This document shows, piece after piece, positions 55,346-63,520 of a stretch of 64,000 nt of DNA. Source of the stretch: a virus (lineage: Duplodnaviria; Heunggongvirae; Uroviricota; Caudoviricetes); IMG/VR virus record IMGVR_UViG_3300042298_002704. The stretch is one strand, 5' to 3'. The notes below the pieces were generated by a model. It was given only the letters and a program-made list of their open reading frames with translations, ran no database searches and had not been told where the DNA came from. The first letter of the stretch is position 1. Each line of letters opens with the position of its first letter. Position numbers and translations under genes: made by a program.

Positions 55346-56515
55346 TCAATCTTCGTTTGTTACTTCAAGTTCAATGTCGTCAATTCCCAATTCTTCTTCA
55401 TCTTCACCTGTATCATATTTCATAATATATTCATCACAAATTTGTTTATAAATTCGTTCCTTTAATTCCGGATTTTCAGTCAATAAGGCCTTGAAATCTT
55501 TGGATTGGAATTTTTTTGTAATTTCTTCACCCGTTTCTTCATCTACAAATTTATATGTATAACTTGAACCGCTTTGACCAATGGCTCCCAATTCTTTCAA
55601 ACAAGTCAACCAACTTCCATAATTGTCAATACCACTATCGTAACGAACATCAAAGGTTATTTTCCTACGAGGCGGCCCCAATCTATTTTTAACAACCTGA
55701 ACCTGAATACGTTCACCAATTGCAGTATCAATCCCGTTAATTTTACCTTTGATTTGTCCTAATTTTGACAATCTCAAACGAGTAGATGCAGTGAAGGGAA
55801 TTGCTTGGCCCCCCGAGGTTGACCATTTATCAGCGCCGAAACCAATAGCATTCATGTTAGCACGAAGTTGATTAATCAACACCAACAAAATTTTTCTACC
55901 AGCAATTAATGACGGGATTTTTCGCATTGCCTTTGAGTTAACAATTGCTTTGGTAGTTGCGTAACCATCCTTTTCGTAATCTGCTTCCAATTCAGCCAAT
56001 GTACTTGCACCCATAACTGAATCAATTACAATAACAACTGGTTTATCTTTATCAGAAGCAATTGTTTTTTCAATAATCATTTCTACTGCTTCATAAATTT
56101 CTTCTAATGCACGAAGTTTATCAGTGTAAATAACCTTTTCAGGGTCTAACCCGACTGAAACGTAAAAATCAAGCATACCGACTGCCTTTTCGGTATCGAA
56201 TAGAACCGCAAGGCCCCCCATTTTTTGACATTCAGTTAATATGTGCGCTGCTAACAAACTTTTGCCGCTGCCTTCTAAACCACTTAATTCCACAACCGTC
56301 CCAAATCCTAATCCGCCATGAGGTCTATTTGAAATTGATAAATCTAAAATATCACATCCAGTGGGACACCAACTTTGAATCATATTCGCTGCCGATAAAA
56401 ATTCAGCAGCGTTAGGATATTCCTTAAATTTTTTATTTATAATCGAAAGTACATCAGACGCTAAATCATCAATTCTTTCTATCTTCGTAGGTTTTTCAGT
56501 AGTTTTTTTCGCCAT
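55346..56515 (-). CDS. recA: RecA/UvsX recombinase
   Basis: PTGCDILD, ELSGLEGSGKS, FDTE, VIDSV, INQLR, SGGQAIPFTASTRL, VKNR. Confidence 0.96.
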   Translation of the reverse strand: MAKKTTEKPTKIERIDDLASDVLSIINKKFKEYPNAAEFLSAANMIQSWCPTGCDILDLSISNRPHGGLGFGTVVELSGLEGSGKSLLAAHILTECQKMGGLAVLFDTEKAVGMLDFYVSVGLDPEKVIYTDKLRALEEIYEAVEMIIEKTIASDKDKPVVIVIDSVMGASTLAELEADYEKDGYATTKAIVNSKAMRKIPSLIAGRKILLVLINQLRANMNAIGFGADKWSTSGGQAIPFTASTRLRLSKLGQIKGKINGIDTAIGERIQVQVVKNRLGPPRRKITFDVRYDSGIDNYGSWLTCLKELGAIGQSGSSYTYKFVDEETGEEITKKFQSKDFKALLTENPELKERIYKQICDEYIMKYDTGEDEEELGIDDIELEVTNED

Positions 56516-56540
56516 TAAGTTTTCATTTAAAAAGGGATTT

Positions 56541-56577
56541 AAAAAATAAGGGAACCAGTTTTTGAGGCTGATTCCCC
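56541..56577 (-). terminator. Rho-independent terminator after the SSB gene
   Basis: Minus strand GGGAATCAG-cctcaaaaa-CTGGTTCCC followed by TTATTTTTT. Confidence 0.75.
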
Positions 56578-56598
56578 ATTAAATACACAAACAAACAA

Positions 56599-57498
56599 TT
56601 ATTTACTGTTCAACAAATCTTCAAATTGTTTTTCAATATCAGAAACATCAACTTGTGAAGTAGGTTGTTTAGGTTCAGAACCCGGAACTTGGAAGTTTGT
56701 CATATCAAAACCTTCGTTTGTAGCAGCGTGATTTGTACGAACATTGTTAGGATTTGAAGGAGTTTGTTTAACTTCTGGTTCAACCTTCAAATACTTAGCA
56801 AGTGCGTCTTCAAGTTCTTGTTCAGTTGGACAAGTGAACAATTCAGCCACATTTGGCATATTTTTGATTTTATCCAAAACTTCCGGATCATCTGTTGCTA
56901 CGGTTTGATTTGGTTTAACCACAATAGTCGTCTTACCAAATTCTCCCTCTTTTGATGGCGGAGTATATTTGACAGTCATATCGCGACCAGTCTTCAAACT
57001 GGTAATATCACCATAATCATCGTCCGCCATAATTTCCAAAATTTGATTGAAAATTGTCTTTGAAAAGCCCCAAAATTTAACACCATCACTTTCTTGACCT
57101 CGAACCAAAACTGGAACGTAAACGCGATCCTTTGGCATTAATTTACGTTTAATCTGCATCTTAGTGACATATTCTTCTTTTGAAAGTTTTCCACCAGAAG
57201 TTAGTCCGTTACAATATTCAACAATTGGGTCATGTTTTTGAAAGCAAGTTGGCGAAATCCATGTTTTTCCAAAATCATAATAAAAGTAAAGTTCTGCAAA
57301 TGGATAACCTTCTTCGGTATAAGGGTTTGGCAGAATTCGAATCTGATCAGTTAACGAATTTCCTTTGTCGTCTTTGGTTTGTCCGGGTTTCCAAAAAACG
57401 TTGTTACCTCCGCCTCCTGAATTTGAAGGTTTTTGTGCTTGTTTGTTAAGTTCTGCAAGTTTTTGTTTAATTAAATCAAGTCCTGTTGGTTTTTGCAT
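56599..57498 (-). CDS. Single-stranded DNA-binding protein (T4 gp32-like)
   Basis: FWKP, IRILP, VLVRG...KFWGF, YGDITSLKTGRD, acidic C-terminal tail. Confidence 0.85.
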   Translation of the reverse strand: MQKPTGLDLIKQKLAELNKQAQKPSNSGGGGNNVFWKPGQTKDDKGNSLTDQIRILPNPYTEEGYPFAELYFYYDFGKTWISPTCFQKHDPIVEYCNGLTSGGKLSKEEYVTKMQIKRKLMPKDRVYVPVLVRGQESDGVKFWGFSKTIFNQILEIMADDDYGDITSLKTGRDMTVKYTPPSKEGEFGKTTIVVKPNQTVATDDPEVLDKIKNMPNVAELFTCPTEQELEDALAKYLKVEPEVKQTPSNPNNVRTNHAATNEGFDMTNFQVPGSEPKQPTSQVDVSDIEKQFEDLLNSK

Positions 57499-57574
57499 AA
57501 GTTTTCCTAAGTGGTTTAAATTGGTTAAAAAAGTAAGTAAAATTTCCCTTTAAGGGAGTTAAAATCGTTATTTA

Positions 57575-57615
57575 CAAATATAAGTAATTTTTTTCAGAAA
57601 GTCAAGTCCATTAAC
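57575..57615 (-). promoter_or_regulatory. Bacteroidota-type promoter with upstream GTTAA driving the SSB gene
   Basis: GTTAA-N4-CTTG-N20-TATATTTG. Confidence 0.7.
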
Positions 57616-57644
57616 AAAAGATTAGGAAATAATTCATCATTTAA

Positions 57645-57926
57645 TTATTTTTTCCGATAAACAAATACTGCTTGTTCAAATCCTATTGTATCCACATCTG
57701 ATTTATATATATCTACGCCCGATGTTTCATTTGCAATTTCCACAAGAACTTGTCCGGAGGCTTTCAATATATGACCGGCGGCTGCGATAGCCAATGAATG
57801 GTGCAAATAATCTGGAACAGCATCTATGCCAATCCCGGCAATAACATCATCTATATATGATGTTTCACTTAGTGACGCATTTATAATGTGATTAATTACT
57901 GCGCTTTTCAATTCTAATTTTTTCAT
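57645..57926 (-). CDS. Hypothetical protein (93 aa)
   Basis: ATGA overlap with upstream gene. Confidence 0.55.
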   Translation of the reverse strand: MKKLELKSAVINHIINASLSETSYIDDVIAGIGIDAVPDYLHHSLAIAAAGHILKASGQVLVEIANETSGVDIYKSDVDTIGFEQAVFVYRKK

Positions 57927-58603
57927 AATTTTATTTGTTTTAATTCGTGATAATTTTTTCCTGCTTTAACGTGAAAGGGTATTCCATCAAATACTTGGAT
58001 TATTTCATTTAAAGTTTCTTTTCCGTCCGAAATTGAATAATCAAACAGGAAAGAGTCATAAGTGTAAAGGATTAGTTTTGTTTTTTTATGTTCTAACCGT
58101 TTGTTCAACTCAGACAACAAACTTGTATTAAATTCAGTTTCCAAATTTTGAAGCATATAGTTAAACAACTTTGTTTGGGTTAAACCTTTGATTGTAATTT
58201 TTCTACCAAACAAAAATGTCGTTAGTTTACCCTGCTTATATTGTTCATAAATGTTATGTTGAAGTTGTTTAATTGATTTAAATGGTTCAACATTTACAAG
58301 ATTTTCGTCAACCCCACCATATATCTGTTTGAAGGTATATTCTTTCGGGTTTACATCGGGAGGATAAAAAGGTTCCAATTCCTTATAAATGTCTTTGGGG
58401 AATGATTTTTCTAAAATCAAATAAATTAAATACAAGTGGAAGCCACTTAAATCTATTTCAAATAAAAATCCATCTTCATATCTGGAAACGAACCTTTGCC
58501 TTGAACCATCTTCTTTATTTAAGGCAGCATAATTGATATTGTTGAAGTGGTTTGATGGGCGACCTGTTAAAGTGAAAGGATGGTATTCTGAATATTCAAA
58601 CAT
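57923..58603 (-). CDS. Mini family-A DNA polymerase, C-terminal (palm/fingers) half
   Basis: TLTGRPSN, FEIDLSGFHL (motif A), KEYTFKQIYGG (motif B), LYTYDSFLF (motif C). Confidence 0.85.
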   Translation of the reverse strand: MFEYSEYHPFTLTGRPSNHFNNINYAALNKEDGSRQRFVSRYEDGFLFEIDLSGFHLYLIYLILEKSFPKDIYKELEPFYPPDVNPKEYTFKQIYGGVDENLVNVEPFKSIKQLQHNIYEQYKQGKLTTFLFGRKITIKGLTQTKLFNYMLQNLETEFNTSLLSELNKRLEHKKTKLILYTYDSFLFDYSISDGKETLNEIIQVFDGIPFHVKAGKNYHELKQIKL

Positions 58604-58938
58604 TAATCAATTAAAGTTTTAAATCGAACCAAATATGCTATATCATTACCATATTGAACCGATGGATACCAAGCAATTAATTTTCGACTATTCCACCATT
58701 CTAATTGAGATTTATAAGATTTGTCATTAATGAACAGTCTTCTTGAAATGACAGTGAACCTTGAAATCCCAACAACAACTTTGTCGTCAAAAATTATATT
58801 ATCATCGTAGGTTATTTCACCTATTTCCCGATTAAAAAAGAAACTTGGGCGTTCAACTTGAACAAGGTTATTTCCATGAAGTCCTATTGATTTCAAATCT
58901 TCAAGAGTTTGCGTTTCTATTTTAGGAATCAAGTTCAT
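58603..58938 (-). CDS. Hypothetical protein (probable start MNLIPK at 58938)
   Basis: TAATG coupling to the PolA C-terminal half. Confidence 0.55.
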   Translation of the reverse strand: MNLIPKIETQTLEDLKSIGLHGNNLVQVERPSFFFNREIGEITYDDNIIFDDKVVVGISRFTVISRRLFINDKSYKSQLEWWNSRKLIAWYPSVQYGNDIAYLVRFKTLID

Positions 58939-59245
58939 TTGATTTATAAAATGATAAACAAGTACAATCGTTTCCACCCTCAGATTCAACCCACGCTCGA
59001 TATAAAAATCCATTAATTTCGATAAATTCAAAATCAGAAATGCAATCATATTCATCCAATTCACAATTAAACGAAACTAAATCGTCGGGGTTCAATTCGT
59101 AACCATCAATAATCATATATGCATATTCTCCACCAGTATCTTCTTCCGGAGTAGCAATATATCCGTTTTCAAAAGTAATTTTTTGAATTTCTGAATATTG
59201 ACCTTTATGAACTTCTTTAACTTTAAAATTTTTAATATATTTCAT
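58922..59245 (-). CDS. Hypothetical acidic protein (107 aa)
   Basis: ORF after intergenic regulatory region. Confidence 0.6.
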   Translation of the reverse strand: MKYIKNFKVKEVHKGQYSEIQKITFENGYIATPEEDTGGEYAYMIIDGYELNPDDLVSFNCELDEYDCISDFEFIEINGFLYRAWVESEGGNDCTCLSFYKSNELDS

Positions 59246-59303
59246 ATTTCAATATTTAATTTTAAAATGACTATCCGCATATTGTACCCCAAATCTACCC
59301 GCC

Positions 59304-59338
59304 CGCAAATTATTGCGTAAGTCATTGATTATCAATGA
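59304..59338. promoter_or_regulatory. Palindrome TCATTGAT-T-ATCAATGA overlapping an IHF consensus site, preceded by CGCAA-atta-TTGCG
   Basis: 59318-59330 read on the minus strand is AATCAATGACTTA, matching WATCAANNNNTTR exactly; lies between divergent genes. Confidence 0.55.
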
Positions 59339-59347
59339 TTAAATATT

Positions 59348-59382
59348 TTTGTTTTAAAATACCGGCTTTTTGTTTACCTTTG
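59348..59382 (+). promoter_or_regulatory. Plus-strand Bacteroidota-type promoter
   Basis: TTTG-N23-TACCTTTG (spacer slightly long), 25 nt upstream of ATG at 59408. Confidence 0.45.
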
Positions 59383-59407
59383 GTCATCACTCAAAGCACT
59401 TTCAATT

Positions 59408-59536
59408 ATGGCTGAAAACAATAACAACACCAATTCGACCACAAATAGCACCACTACTACCACTCAAACCGAACAAACTCCTGCCGCTCCCACTCAACCA
59501 CCCTCGCAATGGTCTATGAAATATGCTTCTGTGTAA
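59408..59536 (+). CDS. 42-aa low-complexity peptide; only credible plus-strand gene
   Basis: MAENNNNTNSTTNSTTTTTQTEQTPAAPTQPPSQWSMKYASV*; own promoter; its stop lies 1 nt from the YegP stop. Confidence 0.5.
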   Translation: MAENNNNTNSTTNSTTTTTQTEQTPAAPTQPPSQWSMKYASV

Positions 59537-59537
59537 T

Positions 59538-59717
59538 TCATTTAGTTTTATCTTCAATTATTTCAGTTTGAGCATTTGCCTGAACAGATGCGATTCCATT
59601 ATAACACGCTGCTAAGGAAGCATATTTTTGACTGGTAGCAATTACGAAACCGTTTTTCGCTTTTAACTGAAAATAAAATCTTCCGGCCTTTGCTTGTAAA
59701 ACTTCGTATTTAGCCAT
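59538..59717 (-). CDS. YegP/DUF1508-family protein (59 aa), not in ORF track
   Basis: MAKYEVLQAKAGRFYFQLKAKNGFVIATSQKYASLAACYNGIASVQANA. Confidence 0.85.
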   Translation of the reverse strand: MAKYEVLQAKAGRFYFQLKAKNGFVIATSQKYASLAACYNGIASVQANAQTEIIEDKTK

Positions 59718-59735
59718 TATTCTATTTTTTATAAT

Positions 59736-60065
59736 TCAATATTCAATTTCTTCATTTTCAATATCAAATTTACGGCCGGAAGTATAATCGAAATCAACAT
59801 TCATTTTAAAACGATATTTTATAAACATTTCGTCTGGTACAATTCTATGTGCAATGTTACTAAAAATTTTAAAAAATAATTTATTAATATGTGAACAAGT
59901 TTCATGTTCACATTCATTAAATGGGTAAATACCTTCAATTTCTTTTGGGATTTTACCATGAAAAAAATCGTAATGAATTTCGACTATTCGTTCATTTGGA
60001 GTATTTACTAAAATTCTACCAATCTCTTGAGCATATTGTCGTAGTTTAAAATCTGTAATAATCAT
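59736..60065 (-). CDS. Hypothetical protein (109 aa)
   Basis: ORF in operon-like packing. Confidence 0.55.
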   Translation of the reverse strand: MIITDFKLRQYAQEIGRILVNTPNERIVEIHYDFFHGKIPKEIEGIYPFNECEHETCSHINKLFFKIFSNIAHRIVPDEMFIKYRFKMNVDFDYTSGRKFDIENEEIEY

Positions 60066-60075
60066 ATTTCAATAT

Positions 60076-60276
60076 TTAATTTTCTTTAATCCATAATGTT
60101 GGAAACGCAAACGTATTACCTTCTTTACCCAAACCATCAACATTTATTCGTTTATTTGTTCGTCCACATATAACATATTCAATATTATTTTTATCCAATT
60201 TTCCGGTATAATTAAAATGTTTTTCTCCACATCTTCCACACTTATCAGTCTTCCATTTATTTTTAGTTTTTCTCAT
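60076..60276 (-). CDS. Small zinc-binding hypothetical protein
   Basis: CGRCGEKH...YVICG. Confidence 0.55.
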   Translation of the reverse strand: MRKTKNKWKTDKCGRCGEKHFNYTGKLDKNNIEYVICGRTNKRINVDGLGKEGNTFAFPTLWIKEN

Positions 60277-60374
60277 ATTTCGATATTCAACTGTTTAGCA
60301 ATTTGTTTGACTTTCATTTTGGTATCATAATGGAACTTGAAAGTTTTCTTATTTTCATCTGGTGTAAATCCCAT
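60273..60374 (-). CDS. Possible 33-aa peptide, not in ORF track
   Basis: MGFTPDENKKTFKFHYDTKMKVKQIAKQLNIEI*; ATGA overlap with the next gene; start overlaps the PolA N-terminal half. Confidence 0.35.
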   Translation of the reverse strand: MGFTPDENKKTFKFHYDTKMKVKQIAKQLNIEI

Positions 60375-60894
60375 TCTTTTCAATTATACTTAAATTTTCA
60401 AGTAGTTTATCATATTGTTTCAAAGTTTCGTCAGGTTCGTAATTTTTAACATTTATAACGAACTTATCCTTTAATTCTCTGCACCATTCTAACCATTTCA
60501 TTATGGGGATATAATCATTTATATTTTCAACGCTTCTAAACTGGTTCCAATAACTTCTTATTGTAAAAGGAACCTCAACTTCTAACTTCTCATTTGTTTC
60601 TAACCAAAAAGCCATTTGAGCATCATAATTTTGCCCACAATCGTTTAAGTATTTTTTCTGATATATGAAGTTGTCTTGACCTATAAAGTCGCTTAGAATT
60701 GAAATGTGAAGGTTCTGTGCATCGTTATGGTTGAAAGTTAAAATACATTCGTCAAAATTTTCTAAGTCGTATGCGTATATGAATGAAAGTCGATTCAGTA
60801 CCCAATGTTTCTTATGGTCTGATAAAACTGGAACGATTAATTTCCTTTTTTGCTTCCAACCTTTGACTTCATCATTTTCCTCAATGAATTGCAT
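60355..60894 (-). CDS. Mini family-A DNA polymerase, N-terminal half (degenerate exonuclease-like domain plus ExNGI helix)
   Basis: VPVLSD...NRLSFIY...LTFNH...NINDYIPIMK...IIEKNGIYTR*; the ExxG(I/V) helix normally precedes TxTGRxS within one PolA chain. Confidence 0.7.
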   Translation of the reverse strand: MQFIEENDEVKGWKQKRKLIVPVLSDHKKHWVLNRLSFIYAYDLENFDECILTFNHNDAQNLHISILSDFIGQDNFIYQKKYLNDCGQNYDAQMAFWLETNEKLEVEVPFTIRSYWNQFRSVENINDYIPIMKWLEWCRELKDKFVINVKNYEPDETLKQYDKLLENLSIIEKNGIYTR

Positions 60895-60910
60895 TTAAAA
60901 ACGTTTTTCA

Positions 60911-60950
60911 CAAGTATAGGTTAAAACCTTGACATTTCCAAATGTTTAAC
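60911..60950 (-). promoter_or_regulatory. Bacteroidota-type promoter with upstream GTTAA
   Basis: GTTAA-N3-TTTG-N20-TATACTTG. Confidence 0.65.
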
Positions 60951-60957
60951 ATTTCAT

Positions 60958-61182
60958 TTAGAAAGGAGTCGCTAATTTGAAAATATCCTTGGTAAGTTTC
61001 CCGTCTTGGTTCACAAACTGAAAATACCTACCAAACCAATCATACTGACGGTTTTTTAGACTGGTTTCAAGTATGTTTTTAAATTCGTTGTAATTGTTCT
61101 TTTCCTTTGCTGCCATCAAAGCATCTTGAAACTCTTCGTATTTTGAAAAAGAACGTTCAGTTAAAATTTTTGATATTTTCAT
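60958..61182 (-). CDS. Hypothetical protein, possible head-packaged
   Basis: N-terminus MKISKILTE. Confidence 0.55.
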   Translation of the reverse strand: MKISKILTERSFSKYEEFQDALMAAKEKNNYNEFKNILETSLKNRQYDWFGRYFQFVNQDGKLTKDIFKLATPF

Positions 61183-61715
61183 TTTGGTTTCCTTATAATA
61201 ATTCGTTTTGGGTATTGTTCTTCAATTTCCCAATCTTTGGGTATAAACTTTTTAATCAATCGCATCGAGAATAAATATCTTTGGTGACTGACTGGGTTGA
61301 ATACTAAAAGTTGAGCAAAATCTTGTTGTTTAAATTTAGGAATAATTTCATCTCTGAAAATTTTTGCAACTGTATCACTTCTCTTACTTCCAACAATTCC
61401 TGAACTATTTTGGGGAAGTTTATTGTAAATTGGAATTCTTGAATTTGGTTCATACCAAAAAGTTTTGAACTCGCAAAAATTTTCAGTTTTACCTAAACTT
61501 GAAGTCATTATTGCGGTAAAAATAATTCCATCATCATCTTTAAACCTATAACAGCCCCTGTCATAAAAATATTGATAAGCATTTTCCGGATTCAATAATT
61601 CTCCCAATAACAACGCAGTCGTTATATTTGCTTCATCAAGTGAATCAATTGGATGATATTGTCCCTTTTGATTATACTCCTCAATCAATTCATCTAAAAT
61701 ATCATTTAATTTCAA
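61179..61715 (-). CDS. Hypothetical protein (178 aa), possible head-packaged
   Basis: N-terminus MKLNDILDE; TTG start. Confidence 0.6.
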   Translation of the reverse strand: MKLNDILDELIEEYNQKGQYHPIDSLDEANITTALLLGELLNPENAYQYFYDRGCYRFKDDDGIIFTAIMTSSLGKTENFCEFKTFWYEPNSRIPIYNKLPQNSSGIVGSKRSDTVAKIFRDEIIPKFKQQDFAQLLVFNPVSHQRYLFSMRLIKKFIPKDWEIEEQYPKRIIIRKPK

Positions 61716-61927
61716 AACATTAATCCTCCTAAGTTGAACAACTCTGGCCGCTCATCTCTAATTTTAAATTCAAGTTTATTTATCAATTTTATATATTCTT
61801 CATACGAAATTTCATTTAATTCAAATTGGTTAAATATTTTCCAAAATTCAACACATTCAAAATTTTCAAATTCGCATAAAAATTCTAAATCATAATATCC
61901 CATTTCTTCAATATGTGGTCTATTCAT
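61712..61927 (-). CDS. Hypothetical protein (71 aa)
   Basis: Overlaps both neighbours by 4 nt. Confidence 0.5.
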   Translation of the reverse strand: MNRPHIEEMGYYDLEFLCEFENFECVEFWKIFNQFELNEISYEEYIKLINKLEFKIRDERPELFNLGGLMF

Positions 61928-62493
61928 CTATAAAACTCCAAAAAGTTGGTTAAATAAGTTTGAATGTATGGGAATTTAGGAATACTTTTTTGAACCTCCA
62001 ATTCATTCAAGTAACTTGCGTCTTTGGGTTCTATTTTTGAAATTCGCCATTCCAATAAAAGTTTGTTCCAAATCACTCCGTTTATTCCCGGGTTATTTTC
62101 ATTGTTGATTGAATTATATTGTTGTCCATCTATTTCCATTATGGTGTTTAACGGACTGTTTCTTTTTTGAACAAAGAACCTTTGAATCTTTCCTCGTTTG
62201 TAATCTTCGTCCGTTACTTGGGGGTAAAATAAAATAGGAGGAATATAACGATTAATTTCACTTTCGGTTATTTGGTTGTACCTTAAAATATCCAGAGTTG
62301 GAGTGAATCTTTTTTCAAATAACTCAACACTTAAAGGTTCAGGTTGACTTCCTGAAAATCTTTGTCCTGTTGGTAATATATGAAATAATCCAACATAATC
62401 TTCACCATTCCTCAATACAAATTCATTGCCACTGGTGTATTTTCCAGTAACAATTTGATGTAAATTGAAGTATGGTTGCGATATACGAGGCAT
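61924..62493 (-). CDS. Probable virion structural protein
   Basis: YTSGNEF...YVGLFH...DYKRGKIQRFFVQKRN pattern recalled from large-myovirus tail/baseplate regions. Confidence 0.45.
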   Translation of the reverse strand: MPRISQPYFNLHQIVTGKYTSGNEFVLRNGEDYVGLFHILPTGQRFSGSQPEPLSVELFEKRFTPTLDILRYNQITESEINRYIPPILFYPQVTDEDYKRGKIQRFFVQKRNSPLNTIMEIDGQQYNSINNENNPGINGVIWNKLLLEWRISKIEPKDASYLNELEVQKSIPKFPYIQTYLTNFLEFYR

Positions 62494-63122
62494 TATTTTA
62501 ATTTGCTCCTATGTTCTTCTCGTTTAATATCATAAAGTTTATATGCAGATTTCAAGATTCTGCGTTTCATTGGTTCGTCTAAATATTCCCATCCGCGTAG
62601 GTTATCTTCTACAATACCGACCAAATCACTTTTACGAATATAAATGGTAATGTGTTCGGCCAATTCAGCAAACCTTGCCCAAACTTCATGTGGAAGTTTC
62701 AAATATGAATAATGTGATTTGTACTTTGATTTATAATATTCCTGACTTTGTTTATCTTGGGTGTATTTTCCTTTACTTCTTAAATCATCATAAGCGTGTT
62801 GAAGTTCATGTACAAGTATATTTCTATATATCTTTTTTATATCTGAACCTTCTGGTGCGGACAAATATTCAGTTTCGCTTAATGCTATTAATTTATATGG
62901 CCCAGAATAATAACTTTTACGACCTGCAATTTCTACTTCGATGTCAGATTCAACTAAGTTTTTAATATATTTAAAATTGTTATTTTTAAACTTATTCAAG
63001 TTCAATGTAGTATCAAACAATCGATCTTCTGGAATTTTTGAAAATTCTTCCAAAATTAAATCAGTCAATTGATATAACTCACTATTTTCTTGAACTCCCT
63101 CGATTATAAATTTAATTTTCAT
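62493..63122 (-). CDS. Zincin-like metallopeptidase
   Basis: ILVHELQHAYDD (HExxH) and downstream PHEVWAR. Confidence 0.7.
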   Translation of the reverse strand: MKIKFIIEGVQENSELYQLTDLILEEFSKIPEDRLFDTTLNLNKFKNNNFKYIKNLVESDIEVEIAGRKSYYSGPYKLIALSETEYLSAPEGSDIKKIYRNILVHELQHAYDDLRSKGKYTQDKQSQEYYKSKYKSHYSYLKLPHEVWARFAELAEHITIYIRKSDLVGIVEDNLRGWEYLDEPMKRRILKSAYKLYDIKREEHRSKLK

Positions 63123-63520
63123 TTCATCTTATCCAAGTTTACAACATAACCTTTGACCGTATTTTTTCCGTTTTCGATCAAGTTTACTGTTCTGTGATGT
63201 CCATCATGTAAATACAAGTTTCCTTCAAACTTAAATACATGAATAGGTTTATAATTTTCCAAATCCATTTGGGTTCCTTTTCTGTCAAGAACCTTTGATT
63301 CAACTTTCTTTTGCCCTATTTGAATTTTGTTGATGGGAATATTCATCAACTTCCCATGTTCTTTAAAGAAATATTCATCATGTTGGTTGTTTAACGGATA
63401 ACCTTTTTCCTTGCACATCTCACGACACTGATTCAATTTTCCTTCATTTTCTTTTTTGTAATTATCGAAGAACTTTGAAGTGCTTTGTTGTATTTCTCTT
63501 AAAATTGTTCTTATTTTCAT
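63119..63520 (-). CDS. ParB/Srx-like domain protein
   Basis: PIHVF...YLHDGHHRT. Confidence 0.7.
   Translation of the reverse strand: MKIRTILREIQQSTSKFFDNYKKENEGKLNQCREMCKEKGYPLNNQHDEYFFKEHGKLMNIPINKIQIGQKKVESKVLDRKGTQMDLENYKPIHVFKFEGNLYLHDGHHRTVNLIENGKNTVKGYVVNLDKMK

Noticed and set aside
8337-61715. The two 178-aa proteins (8337..8873 and 61179..61715) as paralogs
   Set aside because: Similar length, leader and a few local resemblances (LxE.L, Y.FK..DG), but I could not align them convincingly by eye; needs a profile comparison
47-62965. About 45 plus-strand ORFs of 60-134 aa in the ORF track (e.g. 32611..33015, 47351..47713, 31861..32190)
   Set aside because: All are antisense to well-supported minus-strand genes, lack motifs and promoters, and are of the length expected by chance
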